Position numbers and translations under genes: made by a program. This document shows positions 19,394 to 27,950 of a DNA stretch of 64,000 bases, in pieces. This DNA is from Candidatus Bathyarchaeota archaeon (GTDB taxonomy: Archaea; Thermoproteota; Bathyarchaeia; TCS64): the NCBI GenBank assembly GCA_018396695.1, contig JAGTQU010000003.1, positions 12,899 to 76,898 on the forward strand, given 5' to 3'. Numbering within the stretch: position 1 is the first letter of the stretch; every line of letters begins with the position of its first letter. The notes under the pieces were generated by a model. It saw nothing but the letters and a program-made list of their open reading frames with translations, was not told where the DNA came from and made no database searches.

Positions 19394-20113
19394 CTTTTTT
19401 CTTCTATGATATTTTAAGACACTGGTTTTAGTCCCTATGTAGGCTATATCAGCCATCTCAATAAATAATCCCGTCTCTAGAACCCCTGGTATGCGTTTAA
19501 GGGCTGCCTCTAATTCTTTAACATCACCTATCTCTCCAAAATCAGCATCTACTAGAAAGTTTCCATTATCTGTAAATAATGGTCCAAGCTTCTCCTTTAC
19601 CATTCTGATGGTTGCTTTCGCCCCCATCTTTCTTATTTTCAGTAGAACTGGTTTCGCTGAGAAAGGGTGAATCTCTAAAGGTACAGGACATCTTAATCCT
19701 AAACGGTTAGAAATTTTAGTTTCATCTAGGATGAAAATATATTTTTTGGAGGCTGAGGCAACAACCTTTTCTCTAAGCAAAGCTCCCCCTTTCCCTTTTA
19801 TAGCATCCAGGTTTTCATTCATTTGGTCAACACCGTCGATACATAAATCTAGAATAGGATGTTCATCTAGAGTTGTAAGAGGGATCCCCGCCTCTATAGC
19901 TTCATACGCTGATTGGATACTTGTTGGAACACCTAAGATATTTTTCAAACTTCCTTCTCGTAGAAGTTCACCAATCATTCGAATAGCCACCGTCGCAGTG
20001 CTTCCGCTGCCTAAACCCAGAACATAGCCGTCCTTAATATGCTCTACGGATTTTTCAGCGGCCCTTTTTTTCGCCGATTCTATAAAGCCCAAAGGATTTA
20101 CCTCAAGATTCAA
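19388..20113 (-). CDS. rpiA: Ribose-5-phosphate isomerase A.
   Basis: The GLGSGSTA phosphate-binding motif and the conserved DGADE-like region (IDGVDQMN) are present. Confidence 0.8.
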   Translation of the reverse strand: MNLEVNPLGFIESAKKRAAEKSVEHIKDGYVLGLGSGSTATVAIRMIGELLREGSLKNILGVPTSIQSAYEAIEAGIPLTTLDEHPILDLCIDGVDQMNENLDAIKGKGGALLREKVVASASKKYIFILDETKISNRLGLRCPVPLEIHPFSAKPVLLKIRKMGAKATIRMVKEKLGPLFTDNGNFLVDADFGEIGDVKELEAALKRIPGVLETGLFIEMADIAYIGTKTSVLKYHRRKKL

Positions 20114-20942
20114 TCTCTAGTTTTTCAAGTTCCTCTAGCTCTTTTAGAACATCTTTTCGAAGCTGCTCTAACCGTTCTTCGACATCCGACTTTGCTTTCT
20201 TCGGAGCTGCTGCTGCCTCTTCAATTACTTCTTCTTTTTCAGGTTTCTCTTCTCCAGTCTCAGCTTCCTTTTTTATCAACTTTCTCTTAGGTAGGGCTTC
20301 AGGCTTATGTTCTTCAAGCTTAAGCTCTTTTAGAATTGAATCGATCCTAGATTGAGTTTTGTTTAAAGTTGACTCATATCTCTTAACGATCTCTTCTCTC
20401 AGCGTCTCAAGCTCGTTTAACGTGATTATTAACTCGGCTTTCTTCAAGTCTTCAGAGATCTTCTTCATTTCGTCCTCGTAATCTTTCGAAAGGCGTATCC
20501 TCTCGTCTTTAGAAATCTCTCCCGCATCTTCAGCTTCGAATAATCTTTTTATAACGGCTCCTAGAAGTTCCTTTTTTAAGGTCAAAATTTTTAGATCGCT
20601 TTTCACCTTCTCTACTTCGTTAGGAGTTAAATGTCTTGGAAAATGCTCAAGTCTCTTCGCTAGGCTCTCTTCAACCTCTTTAAGCTCCTGTTGAGGTTGA
20701 ACGTTCTCAGCTTTGATCGGTTCAGCTATCGGTTTATCTAGCTCGGTTTTCGTTTCTTTATTACCTAATCCTCCACTGGCTTTAACGAATAAGTAGACTA
20801 CTGTCACTGAGACGCCTATTGCAATGAGCGTAATTATTAGATCAGAAGAGGTGATCTCCATCTTTATTTCACATCTCAATTGAATAGTACAATATTTAAG
20901 CATGAGCCTCTTAACACATCTATTTGAATTTCCAAAAATCAT
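20103..20942 (-). CDS. Membrane-anchored coiled-coil protein, Lys/Glu-rich. The real start is probably the internal Met at MEITSS.
   Basis: One N-terminal TM helix followed by a long heptad-like charged region. Confidence 0.35.
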   Translation of the reverse strand: MIFGNSNRCVKRLMLKYCTIQLRCEIKMEITSSDLIITLIAIGVSVTVVYLFVKASGGLGNKETKTELDKPIAEPIKAENVQPQQELKEVEESLAKRLEHFPRHLTPNEVEKVKSDLKILTLKKELLGAVIKRLFEAEDAGEISKDERIRLSKDYEDEMKKISEDLKKAELIITLNELETLREEIVKRYESTLNKTQSRIDSILKELKLEEHKPEALPKRKLIKKEAETGEEKPEKEEVIEEAAAAPKKAKSDVEERLEQLRKDVLKELEELEKLEIES

Positions 20943-21040
20943 TTTAATTCTTTAGATAAATCCAAAAAATAAGTGATTTAGACGATAAAGCCATTATATA
21001 TTTAAACACCTGAGTCATGTTATAGAGGCTGAGTAGCTAA

Positions 21041-21553
21041 ATGCAAACCCCAAATACGCGTATACTGGCTGAGATTTCAGTGACTGTCGCGTTGTCTGTT
21101 ATCCTAAACATGATAAAAGTCTACTCTCTACCCCAAGGAGGATCAATAACCTTAGGAAGCATGATACCACTATTGCTTCTGTCTTATAGGAGAGGCGTGG
21201 GAGTGGGAGTATATGCTGGAGTGGTTTTCGGTCTAATACAAATGGTTATTGAAGGATACATCTACTATCCGCTGCAGATTATACTCGATTATCCATTAGC
21301 CTTTGGATGTCTAGGATTGGCAGGACTTTTTAAAAAACATCAAATAATAGGAACTGTGGTCGCCTTAACTGGAAGATTCTTAGCTCACTTCATTTCTGGC
21401 GTAGTATTCTTCGCAGAGTATGCTCCAAAAGAGATGGATCCGATACTCTATAGTGCCGTATATAATGGGAGCTACATCGTACCTGAGATGGTTATTAGCT
21501 GCATCGTCATCTACGCTTTGATGAAGAGAAACTTCATAAACCTAAATCCTTGA
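21041..21553 (+). CDS. ThiT/YuaJ-like small membrane transporter (ECF-type S-component-like, putative thiamine transporter).
   Basis: 170 aa with 6 TM helices. LPQGGSITLGSMIP and the Q...ILDYPLAF region resemble the Thia_YuaJ family. Confidence 0.4.
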   Translation: MQTPNTRILAEISVTVALSVILNMIKVYSLPQGGSITLGSMIPLLLLSYRRGVGVGVYAGVVFGLIQMVIEGYIYYPLQIILDYPLAFGCLGLAGLFKKHQIIGTVVALTGRFLAHFISGVVFFAEYAPKEMDPILYSAVYNGSYIVPEMVISCIVIYALMKRNFINLNP

Positions 21554-21564
21554 ACAGTGTAGAG

Positions 21565-21662
21565 TGGAGCCCTGGGCGGGATTCGGACCCGCGATCTTCT
21601 GCTATCTGGCTCCGTTTTGGAGATACCAAGCAGACGCTTTAGCCAGGCTAAGCCACCAGGGC
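21565..21662 (-). tRNA. tRNA-Thr(GGU) with a 20-nt intron at the canonical 37/38 position. CCA is encoded.
   Basis: Reverse complement reads GCCCTGG-TG-GCTT-AGCCTGGCTA-AAGC-G-TCTGC-TTGGTA[TCTCCAAAACGGAGCCAGAT]A-GCAGA-AGATC-GCGGG-TCCGAAT-CCCGC-CCAGGGC-T-CCA. All stems pair perfectly. Confidence 0.7.
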
Positions 21663-21936
21663 TTGGTCAACTCTAAGGATATCCACCTATGATTTTAATT
21701 TTGCTTTTCTATTCGCTAACTTTGACTTATTGTTTTAAGATTATTTGTAAAAAATTTAAGATTGCATGTTTCAACATTGTTGAAATAGTTCGCAATAAAT
21801 TGTTTTTGTATAAAATAAACTTTTTTTCGAGTTCTTTAAAACATAATAATTAACCTCTCTGTTATGTAAAAAATCCTTATGAGAAATATATTTCTCTATT
21901 TAGTATAAAACTTTATATATTTCGAAATTTTTAATT

Positions 21937-22215
21937 TTGATAGATGTAATAATGTTCAAGATGGTTCATGGTAAGCGATCTCAAATATTTAAACTGGTAT
22001 CTTACGCTAAGGAGGAGGCTAAATTAAGGCATAAGCGGATCGAGAGGATAGATCCTTTAATTCGGTATGCGAAAAATCTATTCCCATACTATAGTGATGA
22101 GAAGATCCACCAAATCTGTAGCGTAGCATTGAGGATAATACTTTTCGAGGACAAGATTAGAAAAATTGATATTCATCAGACTACTCTCACAAGCAATATA
22201 GAATTCGGAGTTTAG
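21937..22215 (+). CDS. Hypothetical small basic protein in an AT-rich stretch.
   Basis: ORF translation only. Confidence 0.25.
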   Translation: MIDVIMFKMVHGKRSQIFKLVSYAKEEAKLRHKRIERIDPLIRYAKNLFPYYSDEKIHQICSVALRIILFEDKIRKIDIHQTTLTSNIEFGV

Positions 22216-22387
22216 AACCTTTAATTATCATACAATACTAGTCTTTGCGCGGATCTAAATAGTTTCTTTAAACCTTCCAATACTATCACATTATTAAAAA
22301 TTTGTTTATGCTGTATAATACACTCTTAACAGAGTTTCAGATAAAAACCAATAACGCTTTAATCTCGGTTCTACAGCAAATACTCTG

Positions 22388-22561
22388 ATGCCTCAACAAA
22401 TCCTATGCTCAGAGTGTGGTTTCAGCCTGTATGAAGGTGATGTCCTAAAATCGCCTCAAGATATAATAAAGAAATACGATGGGAAATGTCCAAATTGTAA
22501 GAAAAAACTCGTCTTCGACCATGAAACGATGCTAGTGACTTCTACAGAAGGTTTAAGCTAA
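22388..22561 (+). CDS. 57-aa zinc-ribbon protein (CxxC-x26-CxxC). It is not in the supplied ORF track because it is shorter than 60 aa.
   Basis: ATG at 22388. Translation is MPQQILCSECGFSLYEGDVLKSPQDIIKKYDGKCPNCKKKLVFDHETMLVTSTEGLS. Confidence 0.3.
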   Translation: MPQQILCSECGFSLYEGDVLKSPQDIIKKYDGKCPNCKKKLVFDHETMLVTSTEGLS

Positions 22562-22623
22562 ACATTGCTCAGCAATGGGATAATAGTTTTTAACACCTAA
22601 ACTTTAATTAAAAGTGGTAGAGG

Positions 22624-23760
22624 ATGGGACTGAAAAGAAGTCATCTTTACGAGTACCATAAAGAGCACGGCAAGATAGTCGAATTCGCAGGATTCGAGAT
22701 GCCAGTTTGGTTTGAAGGTATAATACCTGAGCATAACGCAGTACGTAACAGCGTAGGTCTCTTCGACGTAAGCCACATGGGTAGGACGATTGCGGAAGGG
22801 AAAGACGTAGAAAAGTATGTTAACTATATTATAACTAATGACGTATCCGCTCTTGAACCTATGAGTGGGCTATACACTGTAATGTGTAATTCGAAAGGAG
22901 GAATCGTAGACGATCTTACGCTTTATAAACTTGACAACGAAAGAGTTCTAATCGTATATAATGCCTCAAATAGGGAGAAGGATTTCAACTGGTTTAAAAA
23001 CCTGTTAGAAGGCTTTGATATATCCATCAGTGATGTGAGCGATGATATCGCAATGATTGCAATACAGGGTCCTAAAGCTGAAAAGACTTTACAGGAGATC
23101 GCAACCGCAAATCTCAAAGATTTGCCACGATTCAAAATAGCTGAATCCAAGATCTTGGGTTATGACTCGTTGATTGCAAGAACAGGATACACGGGAGAAG
23201 ATGGGTTCGAGGTTTTTATTCTAGATACACCTTTAAAGAACCCAATAAAGGCTATAGAAGTCTGGAATATGCTCTTAGATGTTGGGGCTGAATATGGGAT
23301 AAAGGCTTGCGGTTTAGGTGCTAGGGATAGTCTGAGACTTGAAGCTGGTTTAAGCCTTTATGGGAATGATATTGACGAGGAGATAAACCCATTCGAAGCA
23401 AAGCTGAGATGGGTTGTGAAACTTAAAAAGGCTTCAAACTTCGTTGGAAAAGATGCCTTACTTAAGATAAGTTTTGAAGGAGTGAAAAAAACCAGGGTTG
23501 GGATCACTCTAGAGGAAAGAGGGATCCCCCGGCATGGCTATGAAATCTGGGATCAGGGAAAAATAGGAGTTATCACAAGTGGGGGATACAGTCCAACACT
23601 TGACCGAGGCATCGCTCTAGGCTATGTTCCTCTAGAATATGATAAAATAGGAACCCCTGTGAAGATTAAGATAAGAGATAAATTTGTAAAGGGAAAAATA
23701 TGTAAGTCTCATCCCTTCTATGATGAGTCTGAGTATGGTTGGAAGAGGGAAATGAAATGA
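22624..23760 (+). CDS. gcvT: Glycine cleavage system T protein (aminomethyltransferase).
   Basis: Full-length GcvT architecture. The FDVSHMG motif and the C-terminal barrel domain are present. Confidence 0.9.
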   Translation: MGLKRSHLYEYHKEHGKIVEFAGFEMPVWFEGIIPEHNAVRNSVGLFDVSHMGRTIAEGKDVEKYVNYIITNDVSALEPMSGLYTVMCNSKGGIVDDLTLYKLDNERVLIVYNASNREKDFNWFKNLLEGFDISISDVSDDIAMIAIQGPKAEKTLQEIATANLKDLPRFKIAESKILGYDSLIARTGYTGEDGFEVFILDTPLKNPIKAIEVWNMLLDVGAEYGIKACGLGARDSLRLEAGLSLYGNDIDEEINPFEAKLRWVVKLKKASNFVGKDALLKISFEGVKKTRVGITLEERGIPRHGYEIWDQGKIGVITSGGYSPTLDRGIALGYVPLEYDKIGTPVKIKIRDKFVKGKICKSHPFYDESEYGWKREMK

Positions 23761-24164
23761 GTCAAGAGTATGAGATTCCTGAAGGGCTCCATTACACAAA
23801 GGAGCATGAGTGGGCTAAGAGTCTCGAGGATGACACTGTCCTCGTTGGAGTAACTGATTATGCTCAGAAGCAGCTCCATGAAATAGTGTATGTGGAGCTT
23901 CCTGAAATAGGTAGAGAAGTCAAGTCGTCCGATTCGATTGGAGCTGTCGAGTCAGTTAAAGCAGTTAGTGACATTTTCTCCCCCGTCGCGGGAACAGTAA
24001 TAGAAGTAAATGAAACACTAATAGACAGTCCTGAACTAATAAACGAAGACCCGTATAAGAGAGGTTGGATAGTAAGAATTAAACCTAAAGACCTTAAGGC
24101 AGATCTAGCTAAGCTCTTAGATCCAGAAGCCTATAGGAGACACTTAGTAGAGCAAAGTCATTAA
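23757..24164 (+). CDS. gcvH: Glycine cleavage system H protein (lipoyl carrier). The likely start is the ATG overlapping the gcvT stop (ATGA).
   Basis: The lipoyl-Lys motif ESVKAVSD is present. HEWAK and the rest of the GcvH consensus are present. Confidence 0.85.
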   Translation: MSQEYEIPEGLHYTKEHEWAKSLEDDTVLVGVTDYAQKQLHEIVYVELPEIGREVKSSDSIGAVESVKAVSDIFSPVAGTVIEVNETLIDSPELINEDPYKRGWIVRIKPKDLKADLAKLLDPEAYRRHLVEQSH

Positions 24165-24171
24165 TAGTCAG

Positions 24172-24254
24172 GCGGGGGTTCCCGAGTGGCCAAAGGGGTC
24201 AGGTTCAGGACCTGATGGATTAGTCCTCCGTGGGTTCGAACCCCACCCCCCGCA
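24172..24254 (+). tRNA. tRNA-Leu(CAG), type II with a long variable arm. CCA is not encoded.
   Basis: GCGGGGG-TT-CCC-GAGTGGCCAAA-GGG-GTCAGG-TTCAGGA-CCTGA-TGGATTAGTCCTCCG-TGGG-TTCGAAC-CCCA-CCCCCGC-A. Confidence 0.8.
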
Positions 24255-24401
24255 CTTAATCGCAATTGAAGGTTTAAAACTGTCAACTCAGAATAAGTCG
24301 GTTAGGATGGATATTATGAGATTGTAGAATCTATACACTGAAGTCTTTTAGACAAGATTTTTCTAAGTGGTTACAATCTCTGGATTATGTGATGTGGGCA
24401 C

Positions 24402-24755
24402 ATGAAGAGCGTTTATGTTTGTGGAAGCTTCAAGTTCTTGAGCCAAATTGAAGAGTTGGAGAATATGCTTACGAAGGAAAACATCGTGTTCATGGTGTCC
24501 AAGAGTTTGGATGCTCATGGTATTTTAAGGTGTTTAGAGAGGATTGACCAAGCTGATGTTGTTTATGTAGTTAATCCTAAAGGCTATGTTGGAAAGAGCG
24601 TTAGCCTTGATATTGGATACGCGTATGCCAAAAACAAACCCATCTATGTTATGCATTCAATAGATGACCCGCCAGTAATGAGCCTAATAAAGAGTGTCTT
24701 ATCCTTCAATGAATTAATTAGGTTTCTTAAGCATGATGGCACTTTAAAAATGTGA
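24402..24755 (+). CDS. Nucleoside 2-deoxyribosyltransferase-like / DNPH1-like (SLOG-fold) small protein.
   Basis: N-terminus VYVCGSF and SVSLDIGYAYAKNKPIYVM match the NDT/Rcl pattern. Asp replaces the usual catalytic Glu. Confidence 0.4.
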   Translation: MKSVYVCGSFKFLSQIEELENMLTKENIVFMVSKSLDAHGILRCLERIDQADVVYVVNPKGYVGKSVSLDIGYAYAKNKPIYVMHSIDDPPVMSLIKSVLSFNELIRFLKHDGTLKM

Positions 24756-24768
24756 GGAGAGGAGCGAC

Positions 24769-25082
24769 TCATTTAGGAGCAACTTCAAATTCTTGCCACC
24801 TTTCTATTTCCATGTCCAATTTTCTTTCAACAGCTTTCCACAAATCAACCCCACAAACTCTAGCACAAACATAAGCGGTTATCACAACATCCGCTAACTC
24901 ACCACTCACCCTCGCCCTTATTTCCTCAACATCATATTTCTCCCTTCTAAAACCTACTAGTTTGAAAACCAAGTTTATTGCTCCCCTGCTTCCTCAGCTA
25001 TCTTTGCAGCCTAAAAGATTGGATGCTTCTCTGAAGCCTTTTCGTTAAAAAGCCTAAACAAAGTTTCAAACGTATCTTCCAT
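24769..25082 (-). pseudogene. MazG-like nucleoside-triphosphate pyrophosphohydrolase, disrupted by an in-frame TAG and by a TAA plus a -1 frameshift.
   Basis: Minus-strand translation starting at the ATG at 25082 reads MEDTFETLFRLFNEKASEKHPIF(TAG)AAKIAEEAGEQ(TAA). Then, in the -1 frame, it reads LVFKLVGFRREKYDVEEIRARVSGELADVVITAYVCARVCGVDLWKAVERKLDMEIERWQEF. Together these reconstruct the MazG EEAGEL...ELADV...GIDL...K...N..R pattern. Confidence 0.5.
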
Positions 25083-25295
25083 TTTCTCCACTCCTTGATT
25101 TAGTAATGTAAACTTCTGTCGATAAATGCCTTCTGAAAACGTCATGTGACAGTTTTAAAAGATAGTATAAACCTAACCCCCTGCACCATACAACTTTTTT
25201 TTCTCAATCTTTCAATTAAAGGCTATTGTTAAAAATTATATACCTCCCCTTTTATTTCTTTAAGACATAAATATAAGGGACTCAGGAGACTATGG

Positions 25296-26330
25296 ATGAA
25301 ACCTGCAAAAAAATTAATGAAAGAGGAACTTGGTCAATTTGTGGATCACCTATCCAAGGAATATTTAGTTTATGGTCCTGTCGCCAGACGATCCGATTTC
25401 TCTTTTCAAGAGATAGATTCAGCTGAAGATCTTAGATTCGACTATACAACCACAACCATTCCACCAAAAAAGTTTTTTCATCATAGACAGACGCTTTTAA
25501 GATACTCTGGAGAAGACTACTCTGAGCTAGAATCAACTCTTGAGAAAAGATTTCTGCTTCTTGGTGTCCACTCATGTGACCTGAACGCTATTTTACGACA
25601 TGATAGATTATTCACTAGACAGTTTCACGATCCTTACTATCTTAAGCTGAGGAGAAACTCTGCTATAGTCGCCCTAATATGCACTCACATAGGTAACAGT
25701 TGTTTCTGCGCATCCCTCGGTACCGGTCCAACTATTAGAGAAGGGTTTGATCTACTTTTAACAGATCTCGGCAACGAATATCTTATCGAGGTAGGTTCCA
25801 GCGAAGGACAAAGAATGATTGAAGAATTGAATCTTCAAAAAGCTAATTCATCCGATCTTGAAAAGAAAGAGGAGCGGGTGAAATTAGCCTTAACCCAATT
25901 TGTCAAAAGCATGAAAATGGATGGGCTCAATCAGCTGGCTCTTAAATATCTTGATCATGAAGTATGGTCCCTAATTGGGGAGAAAGGAGGCCTAGCAGGC
26001 TGTTTTGCATGTTTATCCTGCGGCAACTGTAGTCTCGTCTGCCCTACCTGTTATTGTTTTGAAGTTGCCGATATTCCTGAGCTTTCATTGAATCAAGGAG
26101 TCCGTATACGCGAACTTGATTCTTGTCAGCTTTTAGAATACGCAGAAGTGGCTTTAGGAGGCAACTTTCGTCGAGATCGAAAAGCCCGCGTCAGACAATG
26201 GATGACATGTAAGTTCGGCGGAGCGGGAGGAGGATTCGATTCGAGTTGTGTTGGGTGCGGAAGGTGTATCAACGCATGCCCATCTCACATAGACATAACA
26301 GAAGTTGCGAAAAGTCTGCGAGGCGAATGA
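25296..26330 (+). CDS. hydB: Sulfhydrogenase-type [NiFe] hydrogenase beta subunit (two [4Fe-4S] clusters; HydB/AsrA-like).
   Basis: CFACLSCGNCSLVCPTCYC and CVGCGRCINACP cluster motifs are present. This is the first gene of a beta-gamma-delta-alpha operon. Confidence 0.8.
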   Translation: MKPAKKLMKEELGQFVDHLSKEYLVYGPVARRSDFSFQEIDSAEDLRFDYTTTTIPPKKFFHHRQTLLRYSGEDYSELESTLEKRFLLLGVHSCDLNAILRHDRLFTRQFHDPYYLKLRRNSAIVALICTHIGNSCFCASLGTGPTIREGFDLLLTDLGNEYLIEVGSSEGQRMIEELNLQKANSSDLEKKEERVKLALTQFVKSMKMDGLNQLALKYLDHEVWSLIGEKGGLAGCFACLSCGNCSLVCPTCYCFEVADIPELSLNQGVRIRELDSCQLLEYAEVALGGNFRRDRKARVRQWMTCKFGGAGGGFDSSCVGCGRCINACPSHIDITEVAKSLRGE

Positions 26331-27174
26331 TTTGGAAAATCCGTATATCCCTAGAAAAGCCGTAATTACAAACATCGAAGACGAAACATACGACACAAAA
26401 ACCTTCACATTCGAGTTCAAAGATTGTCAAAAAGGTATAGAGTTCAAGCCAGGGCAGTTCGTGATGCTTTCTATATTTGGTTACGGCGAGGCAGCAATAT
26501 CTATAGCCTCTGATATGGACGATCCTTCACATCTTGAACTAACCGTCAGAAAGGTTGGAGACGTGACCGGTGCTCTCTTTAGTCTTAAAGAGGGAGACCA
26601 AGTTGGGATAAGGGGACCTTATGGAAACAGTTGGCCTGTGAGCGATGCTGAAGGTAAACAGTTGCTCCTTGTTATTGGAGGGTGCGGATGTGGAACTCTC
26701 AGACCAGTCATCCTCTATCATAGGAACAACCCTAAGAAGTTTAAAAGCATGGAGGTCCTCTACGGGGCGAGAACACCAGGGGATATCATATACAAAAAAT
26801 ATCATGAAGAGGAGTGGAGTAAGATTCCTAATACAAGGATCCTTTTATCCGTTGACAGAGTGCCTGAAAACACATATTGGAAGCACGAAGTAGGAGTTGT
26901 GACGACACTCTTCGAAGATATAAAGACTAATCCTGAGGAAGCACTCGTTTTCATCTGCGGACCAGAAATAATGATGAAGTATTCAGTGATCGGGCTTCTC
27001 AAACTCGGTTTCAACCCTGACAGAATCTTCTGCTCAATGGAGCGACGAATGAGATGCGGCCTCGGCTTATGCGGACACTGCCAACTCGGCTCAAAATACG
27101 TCTGCAAAGACGGGCCAATCTTCAGTTATACTGAGCTGAAACATCTTCCTGACCACATAGTGAGGAGTGACTGA
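26305..27174 (+). CDS. hydG: Sulfhydrogenase gamma subunit (FAD/NAD(P)-binding plus a C-terminal [2Fe-2S]; HydG/AsrB/PyrK-like). TTG start.
   Basis: FNR-like fold with GGCGCGT, plus a C-terminal CGLGLCGHC cluster motif. Confidence 0.8.
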   Translation: MRKVCEANDLENPYIPRKAVITNIEDETYDTKTFTFEFKDCQKGIEFKPGQFVMLSIFGYGEAAISIASDMDDPSHLELTVRKVGDVTGALFSLKEGDQVGIRGPYGNSWPVSDAEGKQLLLVIGGCGCGTLRPVILYHRNNPKKFKSMEVLYGARTPGDIIYKKYHEEEWSKIPNTRILLSVDRVPENTYWKHEVGVVTTLFEDIKTNPEEALVFICGPEIMMKYSVIGLLKLGFNPDRIFCSMERRMRCGLGLCGHCQLGSKYVCKDGPIFSYTELKHLPDHIVRSD

Positions 27175-27928
27175 TTTGAAACTCAGATGCGGATTCTTCA
27201 AGTTTACAGGATGCTCCGGATGCCAGATGGAGATCCTTAGGCTAGAGGATGAACTCCCCCCGCTGCTCGAGATGATTGAAATCGCATACTGGCCAATGGT
27301 TACATCGAAGCGATGGGAGGAAAATTTAGACATCGCCTTCGTAGAGGGTTCGGTCTCGACGCCAAGAGAGGTCAAGGAAATCAAAGAGATTAGAAAACGA
27401 TCGAGACACTTAGTTGCCTTTGGCGAATGTGCCATAACTGGTTGCATACCTTCTATTAGAAATTTCATGACTCAGAGTGAAGCAGAGGAAACGGTCTATG
27501 AACACACTGATTGGATTGAGTCGATAAAACCAAGCGAGATCTCCGAATATGTTCGGACAGATATTTCTCTACCAGGCTGTCCACCTCATAGGAATACTAT
27601 ACTAGAAGTGATAAAAGCAGTCGCTCTACAGAGAAAGCCTCACCTGAAGCATCACTCAGTGTGCGTGGAGTGTAAACTTAAGGATAATAACTGCCTACTT
27701 ACAACAGAGAAGAGACCATGCATGGGACCAGTTACAAATGCTGGCTGTGGTGCAATCTGCCCAAGCCTTAACCGAGAATGCGAAGGATGCTATGGACCTA
27801 TGAGTGCAGCTAATGCATCTTCTCAATCCCAGATCTTGGCAGAAATAGGGCTATCTATGGACGATGTGAAAAGGAAGTTCAGGAAGTATGCGGGGACGAC
27901 GGATGAGTATAGAAAGGAGGCCGCTTGA
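27167..27928 (+). CDS. hydD: [NiFe] hydrogenase small (delta) subunit, group 3 type. GTG start.
   Basis: N-terminal proximal-cluster motif CGFFKFTGCSGC. Further distal Cys clusters are present. Confidence 0.8.
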   Translation: MTDLKLRCGFFKFTGCSGCQMEILRLEDELPPLLEMIEIAYWPMVTSKRWEENLDIAFVEGSVSTPREVKEIKEIRKRSRHLVAFGECAITGCIPSIRNFMTQSEAEETVYEHTDWIESIKPSEISEYVRTDISLPGCPPHRNTILEVIKAVALQRKPHLKHHSVCVECKLKDNNCLLTTEKRPCMGPVTNAGCGAICPSLNRECEGCYGPMSAANASSQSQILAEIGLSMDDVKRKFRKYAGTTDEYRKEAA

Positions 27929-27950
27929 GAAGTTGGACAGAATAATAAAT

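Noticed and set aside
20943-21040. Looked for a TPP riboswitch upstream of the ThiT-like transporter.
   Set aside because: No CUGAGA / GGGG...ACCC thi-box elements are recognisable in the 98-bp leader.
23739-23756. Upstream extension MEEGNE of the gcvH ORF from the track.
   Set aside because: It overlaps the gcvT 3' end. The internal ATG at 23757, which overlaps the gcvT stop, gives the canonical GcvH N-terminus.
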